DNA from: Armatimonadota bacterium
GTDB lineage: Bacteria > Armatimonadota > SYMT01
Length of the DNA stretch: 64,000 bases
Direction of reading: 5' to 3'
NCBI GenBank assembly: GCA_041690135.1
Contig: JAWLHY010000002.1
Span: 944,342-1,008,341 of the forward strand
The notes beneath the pieces are model-generated. The model did not search any database. It was not told the DNA's origin and worked only from the letters and a program-made list of their open reading frames with translations. Shown here piece by piece: positions 11,001 through 20,000 of the stretch; the first letter of the stretch is position 1; each line of letters opens with the position of its first letter. Position numbers and translations under genes: made by a program.

Positions 11001-13694
11001 ACCCTCACTCCGGCCATCGCGCAGGACATCGTGCTGGAGGGGGATCACGGCGTAGGGATCCAGCAGACGGCTGGTGGAGTGATGTCCGGGATCAAGGCGA
11101 ACCTGCCTCCCTTCGGCCAGCTTCCCAACCAGTTCAGCGTGAACCCGGACACCGGCGTGGTGACGTTCAACAACATGTTGAACATCTCGCTCGACCTGGG
11201 CCAGGCGCTTTCACCGGAGCAGTTGATCAACGCCACCGCACTCGCCATCGACACGGATGGGGACGGCGCTCCCGGACCGGACATCGACACGGGCGGGAAG
11301 CCCGCGGCGCCAATCCGCTGGTGGGTGCAGCCCGCCGGTTACACGTTGAGCGGAGTCTGGCCCAGCGCGAACAACCGGCGCCGTGCCTGGGTGGCGTTGC
11401 CCCTCGTGGCCACTTATAGGGGCACGGCTCCCGGCCCTTCCTCTGGGGAACAATGGCGCTCGGGGCCGGTGATCTCCGGTGACCGCGTTTACTTGATGGG
11501 CGCGACCGGGCACCTGCACGAGGTTCCGCTTGATCCGAAGACGATTGACCCTCGTTTCCCAGTCCGGCGCAACGGCGCAACGGTGGTGACTGGATTGGAT
11601 GGCCACAACGCAGGGAACCACGTGCTCTATCCTCCGGATGGGCTCCGGCGGGTACGCGGGGTCTCCTACACGGCCGGTAGTCAGCCAGCCAACAACCCAC
11701 CACCGGCGATTTCGCAGGGGATCGTGGCCGTCAACACCCCCCGCGGGCTGGTGGCCTACGCCTCCCCCAACGTGGTGGTGGCGGATACGAATCGCATCGT
11801 CGAAGCGTCCGGCGACTCCATCGCGCTCGCGTCCCTCGACGTCACGGTCAAGCATCGGATCGATCAGAACGAGTTCGCCATCCCGACCGATCCGTCGCTG
11901 GCAAATACGGGCGGCTTCCCCATCCTCACGGAGCGGAAACTGCTGAGCCGGCCGGCGGTGATCCGGAAGCTGAACCGCGCCAGCTCGCTAACGAGCATCT
12001 TCGCAAGCACCTCGACCACCGTCGGTCAACTGAATGCCACCACTCCCGCGGGCCAGAACGCGGTGCGGGAGACTACGGAATGGGCGGACGAAAGCTACCT
12101 GGCGGCCGACACCGGGAATAACCGCTGCGTCGAGTTCAACCCCTCCGGTAAGGTCATCTGGGAGCTCAACCAGTTCCAGGACCCCTTCGGCCTGCTGCCG
12201 GCGGGGGAGACCACGAAGCTGTCCGGTCCCATGGACGTGCAGCGCTGGGTGGAGCTGGAGCAGGTGGGCTCCGAGTTGATCCACGTGGTGCACACGCTCA
12301 TCGCCGATACGGGCAACACTCGGGTGATTGAGGTGGTGGACAAGGTCCGCTATCAGCGTGGGGTCTTCAACCCGGGCAGCTATGTGACGGTACCCGGACA
12401 GGCCGGGTTGGACGGGCAGGACGTGCGCTGGTACCACGTGTTGGTATGGTCCTCGCAGACCAACGCGCAGGGGCTGCGGCTCCGGTACCGCACCGCACAG
12501 CGCCTCTTCTGGCCGGACGCCAGCGGTGCGTTGATCCCGAACCCCAACGCTTCGGGGCGGACCGCCTCCACCACCTATCCGTACCTGCCGCAGGAGCAGT
12601 ACCTTAGCTACACCATGTGTTCCGTCGCCGGGCAGCAGGTGATCTATAAGCCGCCCACGCAGCGCGTCGGCTACAACCAGTTCCATGCGATCACCGCCGT
12701 GGATCGCGCGCTGATTGAACGGAAGCCGGACGTGCGGCCCGGCGGCGACAGTATCGTGTTCCTCCGCGGGCGGCTCAAGCTGGATGAAGGGAACCCCACC
12801 ACGCCCGTTCCGGTAACGACGGTGCGTGAGAACCGCCCGGGGGCGGCGGCGACCGGCGATTCGATCATCTACGCCCAGGGCATCATCGATCCGAACGTGG
12901 CGGTGATCAATAACGTCTACCAGGAGTTCCACCCAAGTATCACCAGTCCGGACCTGGAGCGGCCCGTGCACCGGCTCAACGGCGTTTCGAGCATTCAGCG
13001 GACGATCCGTTCCGATCTAACGTTCGCGCCCGATCTCCTCGCCGGCGGTCAGCCCATTCGGAATGCGCACGCGATGTTCTTCCTGATCGCCGATACCGAC
13101 GGGGTGTGGGAGATCCGGATGCTGCCCAGCGCTCCCGTGAATGTCCCGCAGCACCGCCTCGCATGGGCCTTCACGATTGAGGACTACGCCTACGTGACCG
13201 GCGCGGGTAATGGCGATCCGACGACGGCTATTACCAACCCTGCGGGAGGACGCCTGTTGAGCCCCGCCTCCGCCCGGCGCCTGCCGAACGGGCTGGTGCT
13301 GATCGCCAGCCGCACACCGCTGAACCCGCTGCCGCCGAATAATTCGGCGTCGCTCTTGCACGCGGGAGCGGACGTCTTCCTGCTCCGCCCGACCGACTAC
13401 CACACAGCCACGGTGCGGGCTGCCCAGGGAAGCGAGGTTCCCTACCGGCGCAATCTCTTGATCGATGGGGGAGGACCACTCCACGGTTGGCAGCCGGACT
13501 TGTGGGTTCAAACGGGCGGCGCCGTTCCCCCTCCGCTGCGGGGGAGTTCGAGCATTCGCTGGCGCGCGGCCGAGGCGTTGGATCCAAGTAAGGCGCCGTC
13601 ACTACGGACGGGCCTGCAGGGCGGCCCGAACCCGCTGGAACTCACCGGCACCTACATCCCGGTCCAGCCCAACTTCGCCGACCTGGTCTTCTGA
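8076..13694 (+). CDS. Giant secreted protein with PQQ-like and NHL-like propeller repeats (PilY1 position)
   Basis: Signal peptide ending AMA|Q; DNLVYYGTGNGYMCAVEWRRGRPQFRWKF; ADTGNNRCVEF and ADTGNTRVIEV repeats; DTDGDG motif. Confidence 0.75.
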   Translation: MYRRRPLFPFGPIAMLLMLLGSLQVAMAQRSQEERLPDTRYQHARLRRLKACVLLVPTPGDPDAGSQTQSPNPNPYLFYVLNERSDMRPDGWRFYNPAAPTYPTYQHTLRWGAGLSPTAQLASDMAPYWEVVLSEANYQKLAQMDVIYLPVARRDSSGNNPLPTLFTEEQRQILTKLADGGVTIWVDWGYEAQTQSSWLGGTNGSTPTTRTRNGFFTNLDTVQYGGAAGAPTVGHPLLTALFSIQPTEAVEIGSTYSGAAGPSDRRALLTRIPGEQPTCNFTSVVPVGTSPGANTMAAYVAAARYGSGYVVGTAGNVGRAVAGMIPAGTLRASTVTPRPDLSQAQYEDLKFAYNVFAWRGEVIAGQKNARHTAQSSVQVNGMIEQWNFPYLVPDSGGYSNYPPSSVPIGNLPANPAAPLVVDGIVVAAVRYFDGGNAVSALHAFEANPADDFDSNGYSDDPVNSGTTAGNAYADIAIGQNYDRVMHVDLGSPTAVVNGLTVGEVPDPTATIASQGSRPLIFGSIGNFSTGQGELFALPAPRPGLLPTDYWGPSNLLRFDNSVLRMLYTGAPSFVNIPAPIPSSGPPVVASQLIAGGISQSVGIASSTAGKVASYEVPYTGNPVPAWYYPPNLEANRLGPPVGPAVTAQVQDVGTGAIDTMVFVTTAADPNQRQGGQVAGDTNGKVEGFILATKGELLGFPTANNQPNAQTPDFGRRFTAVRWLNMAPNSGPVPPGPELAWDPTRHFEVRVLYKGTGYVAARFVRGDAGFQLLTDGTGGQVLLPAPGNLTPPAGLPTFNEPGRPTVWNLRDYVLVADYSWLPIPVDNNQGRTLRPRFSPPTPYVRNATGGISPVQLTGVAGGVSVGKDNLVYYGTGNGYMCAVEWRRGRPQFRWKFRSLEYQNGSGTISDMNDLNPASPNYLDDFVFSAAPAAGDRIVFASRGKGLAPGTAYVFDPDATVRFKLPLPNDPMTGSPLTLTPAIAQDIVLEGDHGVGIQQTAGGVMSGIKANLPPFGQLPNQFSVNPDTGVVTFNNMLNISLDLGQALSPEQLINATALAIDTDGDGAPGPDIDTGGKPAAPIRWWVQPAGYTLSGVWPSANNRRRAWVALPLVATYRGTAPGPSSGEQWRSGPVISGDRVYLMGATGHLHEVPLDPKTIDPRFPVRRNGATVVTGLDGHNAGNHVLYPPDGLRRVRGVSYTAGSQPANNPPPAISQGIVAVNTPRGLVAYASPNVVVADTNRIVEASGDSIALASLDVTVKHRIDQNEFAIPTDPSLANTGGFPILTERKLLSRPAVIRKLNRASSLTSIFASTSTTVGQLNATTPAGQNAVRETTEWADESYLAADTGNNRCVEFNPSGKVIWELNQFQDPFGLLPAGETTKLSGPMDVQRWVELEQVGSELIHVVHTLIADTGNTRVIEVVDKVRYQRGVFNPGSYVTVPGQAGLDGQDVRWYHVLVWSSQTNAQGLRLRYRTAQRLFWPDASGALIPNPNASGRTASTTYPYLPQEQYLSYTMCSVAGQQVIYKPPTQRVGYNQFHAITAVDRALIERKPDVRPGGDSIVFLRGRLKLDEGNPTTPVPVTTVRENRPGAAATGDSIIYAQGIIDPNVAVINNVYQEFHPSITSPDLERPVHRLNGVSSIQRTIRSDLTFAPDLLAGGQPIRNAHAMFFLIADTDGVWEIRMLPSAPVNVPQHRLAWAFTIEDYAYVTGAGNGDPTTAITNPAGGRLLSPASARRLPNGLVLIASRTPLNPLPPNNSASLLHAGADVFLLRPTDYHTATVRAAQGSEVPYRRNLLIDGGGPLHGWQPDLWVQTGGAVPPPLRGSSSIRWRAAEALDPSKAPSLRTGLQGGPNPLELTGTYIPVQPNFADLVF

Positions 13695-13818
13695 TTCTCA
13701 CGGCGGACTTTCACCACGGAGATCGCCTACGGAGAGGAACCAGCGGAATTCTGCCCGTGATGTGGACGTAATGTGATGAGGAGTGCGGCGGCCGAGGCAG
13801 CGCATCGGAAGAACGGCG

Positions 13819-13865
13819 GTCACAGTAGCGAGTGCGGCGCTCAGCGTCGCACTCGCTACTGTGAC
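13819..13865. repeat. 22-bp-stem hairpin containing GTAG...CTAC
   Basis: gtcacagtagcgagtgcggcgc-tca-gcgtcgcactcgctactgtgac, one G-T pair, no U tract. Confidence 0.8.
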
Positions 13866-14016
13866 TTCGTCCCGCGCGGTAGTTGACCAGGTTAGAAAAC
13901 CAGGCCCTCATGACGCGGGCTGGTACACATATGGATTCTAAGCGCTCACCCGGAACAAGAGGGTGGGCTCTAGCCGTCCAACAACCGAATCTCAACCGGT
14001 TGGCGATGGGAAAGCT

Positions 14017-17000
14017 ATGCATAAACGAGTCGTCGTCGTAGGAACGCTGGTCCTGGCCTCCCTGGCCATGATGACTGCCTGGCCGGTGCGCGCGGTCGAT
14101 TTCCGCAGCAACCGGACCGACGGCATCCAGTACACGGGCTTCAGTACCAACCAGCAATCCAGCAACCAGGCTTACAACATCTACGACATCCTCTCCGATC
14201 CGGGGGCTCCGTCGTACGGCTTGTACTGGAAAGGCGGGCTCCGAAATGATCCCCTTCCACTCGTCGACAATCGCGAGCAGGACCCCGAGCTCACCTGGAC
14301 GGACTTCGTGACCCGGCTCGGCCTCTCCACGCCCCGGCCCACGTTCACTCCGAACGTGCCGCAGGGCTGGAGCCCTATCGTGATCGACCTCGATCGCACC
14401 GGGGCAGCCGCGGACCACTTCCTGGTCAACGTCTCACTGGACGTCACCAACACCAACCCCGATCCGCTGATGGACCCGCGCGAGCAGGTCATTACCGCCT
14501 ACTGGCCGGAGACGGCCAACGGCCTCGGCAACCTGAGCAGCCAGATGCCGCCCAACCGGCTGGAGCCGCTGCAAGACCAGATCAACAACCGCATCTGGCG
14601 GATCAAGACCCGCGAGCTGGATCCCATCCAAAGCGTCGGCGGCGCCACCGGCGTGGTCACGCAGCCTCCCATCTACTCCTTCGTCGACGGCGAGCACCTG
14701 CTTTACCTGGTGATCGGCACCGGCGAGAACAACGATCCCGCCAAGGTTGTCTGCCTCCGCATTCCGCCGCCGATCGGCTCCGGACAGGCCCCGCAGGTTC
14801 CGGACCCGGCCGATTACGGCGATATTTGGGATCCCAACGACCCCGGCAGCGACGGCATGGTCGTCTGGTCCTACGACGTTCAGGCGCGCTCCGGGTCCGG
14901 CAACATCCCCGTGGCGGGCATTTCCTTTGCGGACTTCGGCGACACCCAGATTCCTCGCCCTAACCTGTACATCACCACGCAGGACGGGCAGCTGATCTGT
15001 CTCAACGCGCGACCGGTGGACCAGTCGAACGTGAACCAGGACGGCGATCCTCGTGCCGGGCAGGAGCGTTGGAAGTGGCTGACGCCCGCTACCAACAGCC
15101 CGCTGGCCGGGTTCGCCTACGGCATGACCCCGGCAGTCTGTCGTGTGCCCTTGAGCGGCGCCTACCCGTCCGACACCCTGCAGAATGCTGTCCAGGAACA
15201 TCATGTAGACGAGTGGATGGTGTTCGTGGCGGATGACTACGGGGCCTTCCGCGCCTTCGACGCCGGTGGCGAGGCGAACAACGCCTCCAACCCCACGCAG
15301 TACGCGCCGCGACTGCGGTGGCAGGATGCCGCCTGGCAGGTGGACAACACCACCACGCCGCCCACCTACACCCAGATCCGCCGCCGGGCCGATACCGACA
15401 ACGACGGGGACGTGGACGCCAACGACGAGGCGGAACGGTTCAAGGTCCCGCCGGTCGTTTACCAGGGCGGCACGCCGATGACCAACTCCAGCGGTGTTCC
15501 CGTCGGCGCCTACGACAGTGGGTATGACGACGAGGTCATCTTCGCATCGGAGCGAGGCCGCCTCTATGTGTTCAAAGCCCTGGGCAAGCTGACCGTCAGC
15601 TCCGGCGCTTCGGACGGGGAGCCCGTGTTCGAAACGGCGAACACTCCGCACCTGGAGTCCGGCACGGTGATGCGCTGGCAGTGGCCGGAGAGCGACACCA
15701 GCATGGCGCCGGCTTCAACGGTCGCAGAAGAGCCGCGCGTCTGGCCGCGCGAGCACAATGCTCGGGTCACCACCCCGCGGGATATCGTTAACGTCCTCGG
15801 GGCGGAAATTCCGATTGATGGGAATTACTACGTCCGCTCGGCTCTGGCAACGTCGCTGGGAGCGAACGCCAATCCCAACAGCGGCAGCCCGAACCTGGAT
15901 CTTGGGGACGACCTGATCTTCGTTCCCTACTTGCAGGACGTGACCGCGCTGGAGGCGACTCTCCGCCCCGCTACGCTTGACGCCACCAAACGCTACTTCC
16001 ACGAGTACGTCGCCAGCCTCAAGCCGTATCCGTTTGTCCAGGCGGAGTATCCCATCGAGGACCTGGTGAGTGCCCGGATTACCTGGACCGACCCGGCCAC
16101 CATGGCGGTGCGGACGGTTTACGTCGGCAACGATACCAACGTGCCGGCCGCGGACCAGGTGCAGATCGACCGTGTCTTCCGGATCGGCACCGTCAAGAGC
16201 ACCGGGGTCACGGTAACCCAGGCCACTCCGGCCGCCGGGTACAATCAGAACGTGACCTCTTTGCAGGACGACACGGCCTACATGGTCGATCAGAGCTTCT
16301 ACTACCCGCCCGACAACGCGGAGGTCTTCATCCCGTTCGGTCCGGCCTACAACACGCAGGTAGAGCTCACCTACACCTATCGCGATAACAGTGGAACCCT
16401 GCAGGCGGCTCGCACCGATCCGCCTGCGCCTCTCCCGTCTTGCTACCGGCGCGATACGACCCGACCCGGATATGACCGAACAGTTACTGCGAACGACTTC
16501 ATAGTTCGTGGGCGCGCCTCGCTGTCAGTCAACCGGGCCAGGCTTCAACTTCAACTGGTCCAGACCGGCACCGTCCACACGGAACACCCGGCCCAGGTCG
16601 ATGCTGTTGACTTTACGACCTTCGATCAGCGGCCCCCCTCCATGTTCGCTGCCGGCAGCGCCAATGCCGGAGGTCTGGTCCTCGTTCCCATCTGGTACCG
16701 CGGGCGGGTCATCGCGCTCAACAATCGCCTGCAACCGCTGACGGCGCTGCCGGGCCTGCACGATACCCGTTACGGAGCGGGCAACGTGCTCACCTCGCCC
16801 TTCGACGGCGACCCGGGTCCGTTCGTCGTGCTGACGAATGAAAACTTTGTCGACCATCCGGAATGGACCGACATCGGAGCGTCAGTTACCGAGATCGATG
16901 GTTGGCTCTACCTCACTTACCGCAACGGGCACACGCGTGCCTGGAGTAATCAGGGGGGTGGCGCGCCCGGCACGGATGGTCCGAATACGCCGATCTTCAC

Positions 17001-20000
17001 CCAGCCCCCGTTGCCGAACTTCGGCAACCGGGTCCGGGCGCCTGTCGCCATTCGTCTCCTGGAAGTGCCGGTCGGCACCACGCCCACCCCCCAGGACGTG
17101 ATCAGCGGCACCTATCCTTACCGGGATGTGAGCCGCACTGCCGACGGTGCGCTCCTCCTGGAATACGGCGAGGATGTCCACATTCTGGTCGATTTCGGAG
17201 ACTTCCAGCTCGGGGATCTCCGAGACAACAGCGACAGCACGTACAATCCAAACGAACCGAATCCCCCGATGGGCGACGGTTTCTACCTGGACTCGCGGTT
17301 GCTTGACCCGCAGAACGTCGTACAGGCGCAGCTCCTCAGCAGTATCGGCGCCATCGGCCAGCTCGCGGCTCCTTCGCGCGGCGTGGGGGTCTACTGGAAT
17401 AGGGACACCGGTGGCAGGTGCTTTGCGCTCATCACCCTGAACACCGGTTTCCCTTCGGGCACTAACCCGCTTACCCCCGGCACTCCTGTGCTGCGGGAGA
17501 AGGCCGCGGGTCAGTTCCTGGCGAACGAGGCGCTCTACTACCTCCAGGTCACCCAATCCGGCGTTCAGTGGCTCTGGCCGCATTCGGACCCGAACGACGC
17601 GCAGGGTAACCCGTATCCCGCCGGGACGGTAACCCAGGGTCTATATCCCAGCTACACCAACGCCAACGCGGCTACGACATCCCCCACGAACTACACCCAG
17701 CCGGATCCCCGGCGGATCCATTACTGGACCATCGAGCCCAACCAGGGAGCGACCCGGTTCCCCAAAACTGCCGGTCCAGGCAACTGGACCTGGCTCGGGC
17801 AGTGGCGGGAATACGCGCCGCTGCTCAGCTACAACAACCCGCTGGTGCTGTTCTACGACCCCGTTCGGGACGACAGCACTCTGTCCCACGCGGGCAGCAT
17901 CCACGGGATGTACGATGGGAGCAATCCGATCAACGGCATCCCGCTGGAGCCCACGTCTCCCAGCCGGACCAATCCGAACACCCTGCAGTTCCGGAACCGG
18001 TTCACGTCCGCCACGGACCAGGGCCGCAAGAACGGGGACGTCTACGTGTCGGCCGTCGTGGACGGCGCTCGTTCGGGTGTCGGGCAGCCCCTGGTGCCTA
18101 CGGTCGGCGTAGGGGTCCTTGGAGGGGGCGTGGGAGGCGCGCAGGCGAAGCAGTTCCTGTTTGGTCAGCACGGGCGCACCACGCCCGACTCTGCTACGCT
18201 CGTACCGGACGTGGCCCGGTTGCGAGTAGGGGACCGCAGCTACCTCGGCACCAAGAGCCGCAACCTCACGGTCCGCGTCCAGCGCGCGCCGCTCACCAAG
18301 ATGGGCATCGGGGCGGCATTCGGCGGGGCCACCAATCCCGGCTACCCTTCGGGCGCCCCCATGGGCTCGCTGCAGCAGAACGTGAACATCTGGGACGACG
18401 GGCCGGACGGGCTCTACCCCAGCATCGCGGAATCCCGTCTGCTGGTGACCAAGACCGGAACCACCGTGGACCTGGCGAGCGGGGCGGTGGCCATTCCCGG
18501 TCGCGCGACCAACGGCGCCATGCCCGGGGTGAACGCACTGGAGTCGCTCACGGTGCAGGTGGATATTCCCAGCTACACCCCGGACGACGTCTACACCACC
18601 CGCTGGCGGACGGCGACCCCGCGCGGCTCCGCTCCTTGGGCCGCGGGAACGACGAACGGGAGCTTCCCCGGGGTGCCCGGTTCGCTCTTCAACCCGTTCT
18701 GGCCGGGGCAGTCGATCCTGGGTCTGGGTGCCACTTCGCTGTGGGATCGCTCCGAGGCGCGGGCCACTTCCCAGAATGCCCCCGCCGCGCCGGAGCCGGA
18801 TCCCCTCCCGCCCGGCACCCACGATCCGGCCCAGGACGACCGCCTGCGCCGCGTGGTGGTGTTTGTCGATGCGGACAACGACGGAAAGCTCGATCTCGAG
18901 CCGAACCGGCGCGAGGCCTACCGCACTTTCGCGGTTCAGGTCGTGGTTCAGCCGGACATGAAGCTGGAGACCCAGACGCCGGTGGTGGACTTCGGCAGCA
19001 TTCACCACGGCAAGAAGCAGCCGGGTCTCGGTGGCGGCGCGCTGGAGATCCGCGAATACCAGCGGATGAATCAGTTGCGCGACCCCGCCTCCCCGGCCCC
19101 CGACCGGGCCGTGGGCAACTTCTACAACCAGTGGTGGCGTAAGATCGTGCTGGTCAACAGCGGCAACGTCAACCTGGCTTACGTGAAGCCGGAGTTGATC
19201 TACCAGGAAATAGGTCAGCAGCCGAAGATCCGCGCGCTACCGGCTGAGGGTAACGACTGGTTCCGCGCCCTGCCGCTGGTTCAGGCCACGACGGCGTCGG
19301 CCCTGGCGGACCCGTTCCAGATCTTCCTGCGCACGTCCTTCGACGACCAGATGCTGCCCGACGCCAGCCTGGACTACGCCGCAGCCGATCGCGGCCTCTG
19401 GTTGCAGAAGGCTCCCGTCGGCGGTGGGCTTCCGGGCACCGTGGCCTACGCGGACAACATCATCGATTCCCGCTCCGGCGCGAAGGGCCAGGCGGTCTAC
19501 CGCGATCCGAGCCTCTCGGCCAACAACTGGCAGAACGGCCGCGAGCTCTGGATGTCGCTGAACCTGCCCACGGGCTCCGCATTGGGTCAATACAGCGGCA
19601 CGATGACCTACTACAACGACCGCATGGTGACCCTCCGGGCGGATATCGATCCCACGTCGACTGCCTCCGTCGTCGGCTACACCTACGGGGAGTTCACCGG
19701 CGGGCGGAGCGGCCTGCTCGAGCGACAGGTCGGCGGTGAGCCCGTCGAGCCGATGATCGACCCGCCGATTCAGCTCAAGGCCCGCGTTACGGAGACGTTG
19801 ATCCAGGGTCGCTACCAGTACACGGCGGCGGGCCCGATGAACCCCACGGGGACGCAGATTCCGGACCGTCCCGACCGGCGCATCATGCCCGCGGCCTCCC
19901 TGGCGGTCGATCCGTCTTCGAGCGAGACCCGCCTTCGGGTCGTCTACGCCAGCAACCGGGCGGGCATCGCCTCCACCCGGCCGCAGCCGCTGATGTATGA

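Noticed and set aside
5884-11048. Long antisense ORFs (736 and 984 aa) and many similar ones elsewhere
   Set aside because: Shadow frames of GC-rich genes with no recognisable motifs; the opposite strand has clear signal peptides and domains.
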